From: Octopus vulgaris
Taxonomy: Eukaryota
Assembly: GCA_951406725.2 (NCBI GenBank)
Contig: OX597840.1
Location: forward strand, 33,914,001-33,978,000
Reading direction: 5' to 3'
Length of the DNA: 64,000 bases
Of the stretch, positions 1 through 12,315 are shown one piece after another. The first letter of the stretch is position 1. Each line of letters starts with the position of its first letter. The notes under the pieces were generated by a model, which searched no databases, was not told the DNA's origin, and saw only the letters and a program-made list of their open reading frames with translations. Both the position numbers and the translations under genes were made by a program.

Positions 1-65
1 TCTTGGGGCAGATGATCTCTTCTTTGCATTCTGAGCCACAGTTCCAGGATCCCATTGAACAGGTG
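1..65 (-). CDS. Exon 18 (partial): VWC end and next TIL start
   Basis: tttgaag| (C)TCSMGSWNCGSECKEEIICPK...; phase 2 matches exon 17. Confidence 0.85.
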
Positions 66-357
66 CTTCAAACAAATTTAAAACCATATAAGTATGTGCA
101 TGCGCTTGTGTGTGTGTATGTGTGTGTGGAGGATAAAAGATGTTACAGTATAACTGAAAGCTTGGGGAGGGAAAGTGACAGGGGCAGTTGCGAAATATCT
201 TCATGTAATACAACACAAACATTTAAATTGATAGGGTTTTCCTGAGGATGTGGGCAGTACTTGTCAGCACAATCTTTTGGATTTCTCTGAGACATGGTTC
301 TCCTGGGATATTATCTAGATGTTTCTAACACCCCTTTCTTATCATACCAAGGGCAGC

Positions 358-497
358 CACAATAACAGGAACAGATCTTGCCTTAAGATGTTACATCTTT
401 TATATTTCAATTTCCAGGTCCTTATATTTACTTAGTTTGTCAAATTCCTTGACAGATGTATATTTATCAGCGGGAACACTTACACCTATAAATCTAC
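358..497 (-). mobile_element. R4/Dong-like non-LTR retroelement fragment (RLE region); inverted copy at 3012-3151
   Basis: Degenerate translation ...VKEFDKLSKYKDLEI...SVPVIV resembles the KxxKY motif of restriction-like endonucleases. Confidence 0.55.
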
Positions 498-672
498 GCG
501 TATTTTATTCCCTGTCTTTAAAAATAATGTCTGGTCAATTAGCCTGGATCTTTCTGTTGGTGTTGATTGGAAAATCCCAGAGGATAGTGACATTTTATTA
601 TTATTATATAAAAGAAATGATTATTATTGTTATTGTTATTATTGCTATTGTTGTTGCTGCTGCTGCTGCTTT

Positions 673-1033
673 TGAGAGTAACGGTCTTTGCCCTAGTAGG
701 AGAAGTCCGAACCGAGGTCCTTTGCTATCCGTAAGACCCGCAGAAGAGAAAGCGGGTCAACCCCTGACACCGAGAGCATCGACGGATGGATGAATGCGCA
801 TCCAGGCTCAGCGGTTGCGTAAGAAGTCGGGGACAAGAAACAGGAAGAAAGAGTGAGAGAAAGTTGGGGCGAAAGAGTACAACAGGGGTCGCCACCCCTA
901 CCCCCTGCCGGAGCCTCGTGGAGCTTTAGGTGTTTTCGCTCAATAAACACACACAACGCCCGGTCTGGGAATCGAAACCGCGATCCTCCGACCGCGAGTC
1001 CGCTGCCCTAACCATTGGGCCACTGCGCCTCCA
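673..1033 (-). mobile_element. tRNA-derived SINE family C (also 10506-10893, 12312-12596, 17022-17408, 17621-17932, 42566-42749, 42803-43094)
   Basis: Head TGGAGGCGCAATGGCCCAGTGGTTAGGGCAGCGG...GGTTTCGATTCC with Pol III A/B boxes; many dispersed copies. Confidence 0.85.
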
Positions 1034-1062
1034 CTGTCGTTGCTGCTAAATATAATAATTAC

Positions 1063-1324
1063 CAATTAGTGCATTTCCGCCTCATAATAGAGCCAGCTTC
1101 ATAGATTTTATTTCCATTCAATTTGTCATAGCATGGACATTTGTCAGTGCCGACACATTTCATATTGTTGTTCAAGACAGTATTTGAATCTGGTGGACAA
1201 GCGCATCCAGGAACACATTCTTCTTCACAAGACGGATTCTGCAATTCTTTATCCCGACAATTTCCATTACAAGAACTTGCGCATTCTAAATATTGAAGCC
1301 CAGAATCTGGTTCACATCCATAGC
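1063..1324 (-). CDS. Exon 17: TIL-2 and VWC start
   Basis: GCEPDSGLQYLECASSCNGNC...ECVPGCACP...KCPCYD...KCTN; phase 1-2. Confidence 0.93.
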
Positions 1325-1395
1325 CTGATTAAGAATAATAGAAAAAAAAAGAATATAAATTCTTAAATAAAAATCTTTTATTGATATAAGACGGT

Positions 1396-1597
1396 TGTGG
1401 GTACTGAAAGGTTCCTGGTTTTGGGTAAAACAAAATATGGGAGGATCAGTTAATTATGGTTTTATTCAACATACTCCCCTCTCACATTCACACACTTATT
1501 GCGGCAGTTTTTTGAAGCCCTGTAAAAGAACTCAGAAGGTTGGGCTTCCAAGGTCTTTTATGATACCCTTAAAGCCAGGAATTTTTCAGCACCCTAT
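1396..1597 (-). mobile_element. Mariner-derived MITE, about 210 bp (copies 3250-3462, 3481-3697, 4192-4405)
   Basis: TIR GGGGTGCTGAAAAGTTCCTGG; retains the transposase C-terminus LKDRYNKCVNLRGEYVE*. Confidence 0.75.
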
Positions 1598-1969
1598 CAT
1601 ATTAGAAAGCTTACACTAGATATGAGAAACTGTGAAGTCAGCTAGTTTGGACAAGCACAACCCAAAGTGATGTCTTAGACACCCAAAGCCTTTACTGACA
1701 TAAGATGTAATATTTTCAATCAAGAACTGGATGGACTGCCGAGAGAAATTCCTCAGAAATTATCTACATGGAAATCAACAGTTAAGTTGTCATTTACTTA
1801 TTTATTCTTTTTTCTTTCTTTTCTTTTACTCGTTTCAGTCATTTGACTGCGGCCATGCTGGAGCACCGCCTTTAGTCGAGCAAATCGACCCCAGGACTTA
1901 TTCTTTGTGGACGTAAACACTACAGCATCGGTTGTCAAGTGATGTTGAGGGACAAACACAGACACACAA

Positions 1970-2006
<37 letters not shown>

Positions 2007-2084
2007 CATATATACGACGGGCTTCTTTCAGTTTCCATCTACCAAAGTGTGATGTAACTGGCAACCATGAAATTGTAGTCGTGC

Positions 2085-2280
2085 CTGTTGCTGGGGTCAT
2101 GTAAATGGCACCCATTACACTCTGTGGAGGGGTTGACATTAGGAAGGGCATCCAGCCATAGAAACCATTACCAAATCAGACTGGAACCTGGTGCAGCTCC
2201 CCGGTTTACCAGTTTTCAGTCAAATTATCTAACCCATGCCAGCATGGAAAAACGGACATTAAATGATGATGATGATGATG
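2085..2280 (+). mobile_element. RTE-tail SINE/LINE 3' end with (GAT)n tail (also 18275-18470, 35160-35490, 51535-51712)
   Basis: Shared GGAAGGGCATCCAGC...CCCATGCCAGCATGGAAA..CGGAC..TTAAA(TGA)n end. Confidence 0.7.
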
Positions 2281-2299
2281 GAGGTGGTGGTGGTGGTGG

Positions 2300-2340
<41 letters not shown>

Positions 2341-2396
2341 ATGATGGTGGTGGTGGTGGTGGTGGTGGTGGTGATGATGACTATGATTGTGATGGC

Positions 2397-2429
<33 letters not shown>

Positions 2430-2572
2430 GATGGTGATGATGACGATGATGTATTTATCGTTTACCAATACAGACGACCATCGCTTGCTTCTTTAGATTT
2501 TTTACTATTTTACCTTTACACACACACACACACCAAAGAAAAGAAAAACCAACCAAGCAAAACCTCACTTAC

Positions 2573-2804
2573 CGCACATATTTATTAAAGTCCTGTTCTG
2601 CCTCCAGTTAATTATTTGCCCGTGTTCGGCACACTTCCTTGAATAAGCCTCCAGAGAAACACACATCGGCAAGATGTCGCTCGAAAGACACATTTCATAT
2701 TTGCACATTTTGTAATAATACATGTAATCCACGTAACTGAAGCACTTGGAAAACAGATGCTCGTCTTTAAGGAACTTACAGGTTGCTTCAGCGTTTTCTT
2801 TGGC
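2573..2804 (-). CDS. Exon 16: C8-2
   Basis: AKENAEATCKFL...YYKMCKYEMC...YSRKCAEHGQIINWR...MC; AAG acceptor after a pyrimidine tract; phase 0-1. Confidence 0.9.
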
Positions 2805-4524
2805 CTTTTGATGATGAAAAAAAATAAAGGAAAGAAAAACAAAAAGAATTATGCAATTTATTTCAGTATCGTCAGAGGAGCTGGAAAACGAACATTTCCG
2901 TCTACCAAAGTGTGATGCAACTGGCAACCATGAAATCATAGTCGTTTGCAAAAATTCCAATTCTAAAGGGTCGAAAAAGAACCCAAGCAACGCCGGGCTA
3001 TACTGCTAGTATAGACTAATAAGTGTAAGGGTTCCCACTGATAAAAATATATCTGTCAAGGAATTTGACAAACTAAGTAAATATAAGGACCTGGAAATTT
3101 AAATATAAAAGATGTAACATCTTAAGGCAAGATCTGTTCCTGTTATTGTGGATGAATAAAAAAAAGTTTTGAGAAAGCCATATATTTCACTGAATAAAAT
3201 GCATATTCAAAGCTATTTTTACATGAAAAACGAAAACTAATGTACTTACTAGGGGATACTGAAAGTTCCTGGCTTTAAGGGTATCATGAAAGGCTTGGTT
3301 TGGAGGCCCAAGTTTTGGGTTCTTTTATAAGGTTTAGAAAAACTTAAGGACCGCTGCAATAAGTGTGTGAATTTGAGAGGGGAATATGTTGAATAAAATC
3401 ATAATTAATTGATGGTCCTGTATTTTCTTTTACCCAAAGCCAAGAACTTTTCAACACCCCCTTGTACATATGTATAGACACGAGGGGTTGCTGAAAAGTT
3501 CCTAGCTTTAAGGGTATCACAAAAATCCTGGCTGGAGGCCCAACTTTCCGAGTTCTTTCATAGGGCTTAGAAAAAAACTGAAGTACCGCTTCAATAAGTG
3601 TGTGAATCTGAGAGGGGAATATTTTGGATAAAATCATAATCAACTGATCATCCTGTATTTTATTTTACCAAAAGCCAGGAACAAATTAGTACCCCCTTGT
3701 ACACACACACATACACATATATATATGGACTTAGTGCTTGCTTTTTCCATGGGTATGAGTAAGTATTCCATTTATGTCTTACGTATTTATCGCTGACGAG
3801 GGGAAAATTCTTATGAATTAACCCTGAAATTGGGACCAATACGGTTATAACGGAATTTTTAGAAATTTCTATCGGCATTTGTTTCGAGACGCATAAATTA
3901 TAATGGTTATTGACAATTTTGTCTTTCTTTCGGCATATTTGGCATTAGAATTTTTCTCTTGCCCTTATTTTATAAGTTATTTATGAATTTAACCTTTAAA
4001 GGTATTTTTTGATATGCTGGTCATTGATAAAAATTTTTTCTTTCGAAAAAAATCTTACCCTACATTAGTTATATATATATTTGTCTGTATAAGGGTATAA
4101 AATCATAATTAACTGACCCTCCTGTATTTTCTTTTACCCAAAACCAGGAACTTTGCAGCAGCCCTCATATGTATATATAAAATATATACATAAGGGGGTG
4201 CTGAAAAGATCCTGGCTTTAAGGATATCACAAAAAGCCTGGCTGGAGGCCCAAATTTCCGAGTTCTTTCACAGGGTTTAGAACAACTGAAGGACCGCTAC
4301 AATAAGTGTGTGAATCTGAGAGGGGAATATGTTGAATAAAATCATAATTAACTGATCCCCCTGTTTCTTCTTTTATCCAGAGCCAGGACGTTCTTGGCGC
4401 CCCTTCATATTAATGTAAAAAGATGTATCCAATGTGATATATCCGTCGATAATGATAAGCCATGTAGTGACCGGTGGACCGAAGACATACAATTTCATGC
4501 CAAAACTGAAAATTCTTCACTTAC

Positions 4525-4686
4525 ATAATAGAAATCCGTACAGGGATCTCCAAGTTTTCTTGCGGGATCAGCACAGGTCCTGTCTTTGTAAATCTCCAGG
4601 AACTTCTCCACCGTTTCAGGGGCTCCGTTCTTCCCGGTTATTTCATCAGCTCGTTTGTAGTTGAATCTTCCACACAAACCTTGAAT
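4525..4686 (-). CDS. Exon 15: VWD2 end
   Basis: IQGLCGRFNYKRADE...CADPARKLGDPCTDFYY; cttag / gtaagt; phase 0-0. Confidence 0.92.
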
Positions 4687-4758
4687 CTAAGAATGAAAAC
4701 ACATGAGATGAATTTAAAGAGTCATGCATTTTCCATTATCCTACATGTTTTGCTGATC

Positions 4759-4858
<100 letters not shown>

Positions 4859-5585
4859 AACAAATATAGGCACACACATGCAACACATGCACGTTTAGTG
4901 AAAGATATTTTTACAGCTGGATGCTTTCCCAGCCACCAACCATTAATCCTTAAATTCTTTTCTACTATAGGCACAAGGCACGAAATTTTGGGGGAGGAAG
5001 CCAGTCGATTATATCGACCCCAGTACGTAACTGGTACTTAATTTATCGAGCCCGAAAGGATGAAAGGCAAAGTCGACCTCGGCGGAATTTGAACTCAGAG
5101 CGTAACGGCAGACGAAATACCGCTAAGCATTTCGCCCGGCATGCAAACGTTTCTTATTTCTTTACTGCCCACAAGGGGCTACTCACAGAGGGGACAATCA
5201 AGGACAGACAAAGGGATTAAGCCGATTATATCGACCCCAGGGCGTAACTGGTACTTATTTCATCGACCCCGAAACGATGAAAAGCAAAATCGACCTCGGC
5301 GGAATTTGAACTCAGAACGTAACGGCAGACGAAATACCGCTAAGCATTTCGCCCGGCGTGCAAACGTTTCTGCCGACCTCTTCCCAGGTATTTTTTCACC
5401 TCAATTTATGTTTCATAAAAATATAGGTTATAACAATTTAAAATGAAATTTTTAAAAATGGGAAAATACTGAATAGATTGAGAAAAAAAACGAAAACTAA
5501 TGTAAAATTCCAAGAGGGATGAATAGCAAAAAAGAAAGAAAAAAAATGGTAATTTACAAGACAAGAACAAAGGGATTTCTCTTAC

Positions 5586-5903
5586 CTTGTTTTCAAAGAA
5601 TGGATACAGTTTAATATAGAGCTGATGGTTTGGATTAAAGAGAACACGGAAGCCAAAGCCTTCCACTAGAACAAACTGATGTGTTGCTTTCTTCACGTAG
5701 ATATACCGAGACAGGTAGGGCAGTACAGGATTAATCTCATCGTTGACACTGATTTGGCTCCCATCCAAAGTGATGGTAACTCCATAAGCAGAAATTATAA
5801 CTTTCATCAGGCAGTTTTGTTTTATCTTCCAGCCACTTGAGCAGGGCCTGTAAGCGGCTGTGATTCTCAAATTGGCTCGTTTGTCAGTGTAGGTTCTGAT
5901 TGG
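5586..5903 (-). CDS. Exon 14: VWD2 middle
   Basis: PIRTYTDKRANLRITAAYRPC...GFGFRVLFNPNHQLYIKLYPFFENK; 318 nt, phase 0-0. Confidence 0.92.
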
Positions 5904-5975
5904 CTGAAATGGAAATAAATATTGTTATACGTCGTAAAGATATAATAAGTTTATTAAATTAGCTGAAGTTAAATT

Positions 5976-6436
5976 GAACAAGGCAACACCAACGATTAGC
6001 CGGAGATAATTTTTAAAATGAGAATATCTGAAATAAACTCGATTGCTCTCACAAACGAGAATACTAAAAATTAATGACTTAGCAATTAACTGGTATGTTA
6101 TTTAATATCAACAGTGGTAGCACACTGGAAGGTGCAGTAGGAAGCTGGGATGAGTTTTAAAATGAGAATATCTGAAATAAACCCGACTGCTCGCACAAAT
6201 GAGAATACTAAAAATGAACCTGACGCTCTCAAATATTAAGTAAAAAAATACAGGAAAAATAATCCAGAATCCTTGTCCGGTATTCGATCAATCCCCACAT
6301 CTAATCAGTTCGTGCCAGTAATGAGACCAAACATTCCTGAAAGTTTCATCCGAATCCATCCAGCGGTGCTTGAGATATCTTGTCCACGGACAAACAAACA
6401 CAACTGAAAACAATACTTCTGTGAAGGTAGAGGTAA
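5976..6436 (+). mobile_element. Helentron/HINE-like non-autonomous element (partial; fuller copy 40305-40981)
   Basis: Similar to 40305-40981, which has a subterminal inverted repeat ACCTCC.CC/AGAGGT and a terminal hairpin. Confidence 0.5.
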
Positions 6437-6825
6437 TCTCTCTATATAAAGCTGAAGTTGTCTGTGTGTGGCAGGTTTGGTAGCCTTCAACTAACACTAT
6501 CTCCTCCGAGACCCTGCGGCACAAGTTGACCAAAACTGAGAGTATGATAGAAGAAGGCTTGCTCTTCCTTCCGTAGAAGAAAAATTCAAATCGGACCATG
6601 TTAACACCAAATATTATTTACATAAAAAGGTGCTTTTTTTCTATGAAAATCCCTATTTTTTACGATTTTTTGACCACAAAATCTACAGTTTTCGGTGTAT
6701 TTCAACCAGAAAAATGTTCACTTAAAGAGAATAACAAGCTACATAATGCAAAATTTTTACTTTTCAAAAATTCCAATTCTAAAGGGTCGAAAAAGAACCC
6801 GACCAACGCCGGGCGATACTGCTAG
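6437..6825 (+). mobile_element. Non-autonomous Helitron
   Basis: A|TC start, 3' hairpin CCCG..CGGG, CTAG|T end, no TSD. Confidence 0.8.
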
Positions 6826-7397
6826 TAAATGAATTAAAAAAAAGTTTTGAGAAAGCCATATATTTCACTGAATAAAATGCATATTCAAAGCTATTTTTAC
6901 ATGAAAAATAGGTATAAATGCATTTGTATGTGCATATATGAGTTCATGTATGTATGAATATGTGTACATGTATAAATGTATAATTTGTTGGATACTGAGG
7001 TTCAATATTTCATAATTCTTACTCTGTAAATCTTTTGAGGCCTCCCTTTTTTATGGAAAAAGTCATGCCTAGAATACTCTGCATACATTTATATGTGAGT
7101 GTGTAAGCCTCTATCCTTGTTCACGTTTCAGCATTTTACAAGATTTTTTTTTAAAGAGTATGTGTGTGTGTGTGTATGTCTTGTGTATTTGTCCCCCACC
7201 ACCGATTGACAGCCAGCGTTGGCGTGTTTACATCTCTGTAACTTAACAGTTTGTTAACAGAGATTGATAGAATAAATAGCAGGCTTTACATAGAATAATA
7301 AGTCCTGGAGTCGATTCATTCGACTAAAATTACTCAAAGCAGTGCCCCAGCATGGCCACAAGAAAGAAAAAAAATACAGGAAAGAAATGAGACAAAC

Positions 7398-7539
7398 CTG
7401 GACCAAATCGTATTGACAAGCTGTAGGTTCGAATTTGAATATTTCTCCATCAAATGTGCTAAAGTGTGCCCTTCCCAAGATGCTGCAGGTACCCGCACAT
7501 TTGTCTTGAGTACATTTCCATCGACCCCGTACACAAGTG
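7398..7539 (-). CDS. Exon 13: VWC end and VWD2 start
   Basis: TCVRGRWKCTQDKCAGTCSILGRAHFSTFDGEIFKFEPTACQYDLVQ; phase 2-0. Confidence 0.93.
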
Positions 7540-7584
7540 CTAAAACAGAAGAGGAAAACATCTCACAATTCATTGATATATGCC

Positions 7585-8305
7585 GAGCTTGATATTGGGA
7601 TTAACACGGGCTTTTACACAAACAAGAATGAAGAATCTTGGTAAGAATGGATATGTGAAGGTGTAGGGGAAATATCTACTTCAGAAGGAAGGAAAACTGA
7701 TACGAATAGCGGCAAAACACGAGCAAAACAAACAAAAAAAACTGTTCTCAGTATTTAAGGAAGCAGACAAATACAAACAAGAAATCATACCACCTAACAA
7801 ATACGAAGAAGAAGAAGAAGAAGAAGAAGAAGAAGAAGAAGAAGAAGAAGAAGAAGAAGAAGAAGAAGAAGAAGAAGAAGAAGAAGAAGAAGAAGAAGAA
7901 GGAGGAGGAGGAGGAGGAGGAGAAGAAGAAGGAGAAGAAGAAGAAGGAGAAGAAGAAGGAGAAGAAGAAGAAGAAGAAGAAGAAGAAGAGAAGAAGAAGG
8001 AGAAGAAGAAGAAGAATTGGAAGAAGAAGAAGAAGAAGAAGAAGGAGGAGAAGAAGAAGAAGAAGAAGAAGAAGAAGAAGAAGAAGAAGAAGAAGAAGAA
8101 GAAGAAGAAACAAATGAAATCCAAAATAAAACTGGAACAGCAAAGAACCATGATAAAACGATGGCAAGAAAAGCCCCTTCATGGTAAATAGTGGACTAAA
8201 CTAAATGCAAAAGAAATAGACAAAGAAAAATCCCAGCAATGATTGAGAAGCTCAGGACTCAAAGCAGAGACAGAGGGATTTTTAATTGCAGCACAAGACC
8301 AAATA
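7585..8305 (+). mobile_element. R4/Dong-like LINE fragment interrupted by (GAA)n
   Basis: WQEKPLHGK*WTKLNAKEIDKEKSQQ*LRSSGLKAETEGFLIAAQDQ, typical post-RT region, with stops. Confidence 0.65.
7805..8108. repeat. (GAA/GGA)n microsatellite
   Basis: Direct reading. Confidence 0.97.
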
Positions 8306-8649
8306 AGTCTTTAATTTAACAAACTTGATCAACAAAACTTCTATGGAATTACAGCTGATAGCATTTTCATCTGGGTTCTTAGAGACTAAGTCACTGGATA
8401 GTTTTAAATTGTCGTGGTATCAGCCGCTCTCTGACAGGTTTATGTTTGAGCCCCGTGGCAGTGGAGACCACCATAGTTCTTGGATGTCATGTCTCACAGT
8501 TGGAATGAGCATGTCGAGGTTTCGTTCCCGCTTTGATACCACAAATTATGGAGGAAAGCAGAATCAATCTGATGAAATCCCATACCTGTATTTTTCAAGT
8601 TTCTCTGGAAGAATGAAAAATTAAGGTGGCTTTAATACTCTCTCTCTCT

Positions 8650-8856
8650 TACTCTTACTTGTTTCAGTCATTTGACTGCGGCCATGCTGGAGCACCGCCT
8701 TTTAGTCGGGCAAATCGACCCCGGGACTTATTCTTTGTAAGCCCAGTACTTATTCTATCGGTCTCTTTGCCGAACTGCTAAGTGACGGGGACGTAAACAC
8801 ACCAGCATCAGTTGTCAAGCAATGCTAGGGGGACAAACACAGACACACACACATAC

Positions 8857-8927
<71 letters not shown>

Positions 8928-9092
8928 TACGACAGGCTTCTTTCAGTTTCCGTCTACCAAATTCACTCACAAGGCATTGGTCGGCCCGGGGCTATAGCAG
9001 AAGACACTTGCCCAAGATGCCACGCAGTGGGACTGAACCCGGAACCATGTGGTTGGTTAGCAAGCTACTTACCACACAGCCACTCCTGTGCC
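8650..9092 (-). mobile_element. tRNA-derived SINE family B with internal (TA)n/(TG)n (also 19704-20120, 26510-26948, 31349-31960, 34615-34980, 39586-40020, 42043-42515, 49090-49545, 50790-51188, 52620-52955 and partial copies)
   Basis: Head GGCGCAGGAGTGGCTGTGTGGTAAG...GGTTCAGTCCC; tail ...GCAGTCAAATGACTGAAACAAGTAAAAGAG. Confidence 0.88.
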
Positions 9093-9109
9093 TAATAGTA
9101 TCCTAACTC

Positions 9110-9440
9110 AGAAAAAAAAAGCCAGAACCCATCAGCAGAAGCAGGCCGTCGCCAGTAGGTATAGTGAGGTGGTGAGAGAAGTCAAGGAGAAACTAAGGAG
9201 AGACAGAAGAACATACTTCAATGAAGTGGCCCACGAAACGGAAACAGCAACGAGGAAAGGAGACTTGATGGCGCTATATGCAACAATAAGGTTGCTGAGG
9301 GGAAGGAGAGGCAACCAGGTCGGACCAGTAAAGGACAAGGCCGGACGGTTGCTAACTTCCATTGAGGACCAACTGGCGAGATGGAAGGAACACTTCCAAG
9401 AAGCACCTAACCGCCCTCCACCTCAAGAGCCGCCAGAATT
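9110..9440 (+). mobile_element. RTE-clade LINE ORF fragment
   Basis: EVKEKLRRDRRTYF...VKDKAGRLLTSIEDQLARWKEHF, endonuclease-RT linker. Confidence 0.75.
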
Positions 9441-9444
9441 GGGG

Positions 9445-10303
9445 TCAGCGGAATTTGAACTCAGAACGTAAAGACAGACAAAATACTGCTAAGCATTTCG
9501 CCCTGTGTGCTAACGTTTCTTATTTCTTTATTGCCCACAAGGAGCTAAACACAGAGGTGACAAACGAGTACAGACAAAGGGATTAAGTCGATTACATCGA
9601 CCCCAGTGCGTAACTGGTACTTAATTTATCGACCCCGAAAGGATGAAAGGCAAAGTCGACCTCAGCAGAATTTGAACTCAGAACATAGCGGCAGACGAAA
9701 TACCTATTTCTTTACTACCCACAAGGGGCTAAATACAGAGAGGACAAACAAGGACAGACAAAGGGATTAAGTCGATTACATCGACCCCAGTGCGTAACTG
9801 GTACTTAATTTATCGACCCTGAAAGGATGAAAGGCAAAGTCGACCTCAGCGGAATTTGAACTCAGAACATAGCGGCAGACGAAATACCTATTTCTTTACT
9901 ACCCACAAGGGGCTAAACACAGAGAGGACAAACAAGGACAGACAAACGGATTAAGTCGATTACATCGACCCCAGTGCGTAACTGGTACTTAATTTATCGA
10001 CCCTGAAAGGATGAAAGGCAAAGTCGACCTCGGCAGAATTTGAACTAAGAACGCAGCTGCGGACGAAATACCTATTTCTTTACTACCCACAAGGGGCTAA
10101 ACACAGAGGGGACAAACAAGGACAAACAAAGGGATTAAGTCGATTACATCGACCTCAGTGCGTAACTGGTACTTTATTTATCGACCCGAAAGGATGAAAG
10201 GCAAAGTCAACCTCGGCAGAATTTGAACTCAGAACGCAGCGGCGGACGAAATACCACAAAGCATTTCAGCCAGTGTGCTAACGTTTCTGCCAGCTCCACG
10301 CCT
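9445..10303 (-). mobile_element. tRNA-derived SINE family A, multimeric array (about 180-bp unit)
   Basis: One head (GAGCTGGCAGAAACGTTAGC...GAGTTCAAATTC) followed by 4-5 tandem bodies. Confidence 0.88.
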
Positions 10304-10923
10304 TTGTTGTAAACATTATTGAGAACACATACACAACATATGGGCATTGCTTATTTGCCGGTGATTTTCATGAATAAACAAGGGACATCCATTGAGTATG
10401 TGTGTTTGATAATGTTTACAACACCAGCACTGTTTCTATTCAAACATGAATTTATACTTTTGCTGTTTATCACATGTTAGGGCATCAATTCCCTTAAACT
10501 GATAATGGAAGGAAGCACTCCGTCGGTTACGACGACGAGGGTTCCGGTTGATCCGAATCAACGGAACAGCCTGCTCGTGAAATTAACGCGTAAGTGGCTG
10601 AGCACTCCACAGACACGTGTACCCTTAACGTAGTTCTCGGGGATATTCAGCGTGACACAGAGAGTGACAAGGCCGGCCCTTTGAAATACAGGTACAACAG
10701 AAACAGGAAGTAAGAGTGAGAGAAAGTTGTGGTGAAAGAGTACAGCAGGGATCACCACCATCCCCTGCCGGAGCCTCGTGGAGCTTTTAGGTGTTTCGCT
10801 CAATAAACACTCACAACGCCCGGTCTGGGAATCGAAACCACGATCCTATGACCGCGAGTCCGCTGCCCTAACCACTGGGCCATTGCGCCTCCAAACTGAT
10901 AAGAACTTTCAGTAAACACATAC

Positions 10924-11164
10924 CAATCGTTGCATTTCACTTTGACCTTTTCTCCAGCCAGATATTGAGTACCGTGGTATTCACAAGAGCAATTATTGGG
11001 AACAACACAACTGCCATGGTCGAGCACGGTGCCTGGGACACACTCACATCCAGGGGTGCACTGAGTGTAGCACGAATCAGGTTTTATGTTATAGAGATTT
11101 TGACAAGATAATTTGCATATGGAAGCACATTCAGAGTAGATGAATCCATCCGGGCAACTTTTGG
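10924..11164 (-). CDS. Exon 12: TIL-1 and VWC start
   Basis: SCPDGFIYSECASICKLSC...CTPGCECVPGTVLDHGSCVVPNNCSCEYHG...KCND; phase 1-2. Confidence 0.93.
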
Positions 11165-11301
11165 CTGAAAGTTAAAAAAAGAAAAGTATTAAAGGTGATA
11201 AAACAAAAATTAATGTTTCATAACAGAAATAAGAATTGCAAGAGGTGTTAGAGTTACTTAATAAAAAGAGACGGTAAAACCTATCGAGAAATAAATATTT
11301 G

Positions 11302-11387
<86 letters not shown>

Positions 11388-11407
11388 TATCATCATCATC
11401 ATCATCA

Positions 11408-12270
11408 CTGATTTCTTCAAAGCTTGCTTCAAACGCTCTAATTGCTGACAGTAGACTTGAGCAATTGATTGTTGCATTAGGTGGTAACAATTCAAAGTGA
11501 ATTACTCCTTTGCAATCCCACCAGATAGAGAGAAGAACCTTTTTTCCATGAAGTTCCCTTCTCGGTTGTGGTTGACCTTTTTCCCTTTTACCAAGCCACT
11601 GTTTACGACGTTTAACATTTCGATAGAAGATCCATTTTTCGTCACTAGTCACAAGTCTATCCAAAAAGGGTGAAATGAGTTTGCGAGAATGGAGAGAAGA
11701 GCTGATATCATCTCAGGATTTGGAGGTTGCTTTCGGACAATTCATGAGGCACCCACTTTCCAAGTTTAGGGACCTTTCCAAGTTGTTGAAGATGACGATG
11801 AACAGTTGTATGGTTTAACTAAGCTTTATTGCCAATTCTTCAACTGATAATGTAGGATTTTCTTCAAGTAATGCCTGAAGGAGCTTATCATTAAACTCAA
11901 CTGGACGTCCTGTTTAATCTTCATCTTCAAGGTTGAAATCTCCACTTCTGAATTTTGCAAACCATCTTCTGCAAGTTCTTTCATTCAAGCATTCTTTCCC
12001 ATAAACTGAGTGTATGTTTCGAGTCGCTTCGACTGCAGGGTTTCCTTTTTTGTACTCATAAAGCATTTTGCGCCTCAAATGCTCTTTGGATACTTCCATG
12101 TTAGAAAGGAAAGAAATTTTAATTCTATTATTCTGTAAAATAATATTTAATTAGTTTAAATGTACACAAATGCGTAAAAATAATTTTAAATTCCATTAGA
12201 CATTCTAAAATATTATTAAATTTCATTCAATTTTAAAAAAGGTAAAATTGGACAGAACTTATGTGATGAC

Positions 12271-12274
<4 letters not shown>
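11408..12274 (-). pseudogene. Truncated mariner transposon (transposase pseudogene)
   Basis: MEVSKEHLRR...RWFAKFRSGDFNLED; VTSDEKWIFY (first catalytic Asp); KVLLSIWWD; frameshifts; TIR at about 12250-12274 next to TA. Confidence 0.92.

Positions 12275-12315
<41 letters not shown>

Noticed and set aside
960-1033. tRNA gene candidates at SINE heads
   Set aside because: A/B boxes are present, but the sequence continues into SINE bodies in many diverged copies and no full cloverleaf is evident
2259-2588. Poly-Asp/Gly and poly-Met/Val ORFs
   Set aside because: (GAT/GGT)n tail of an RTE-type repeat
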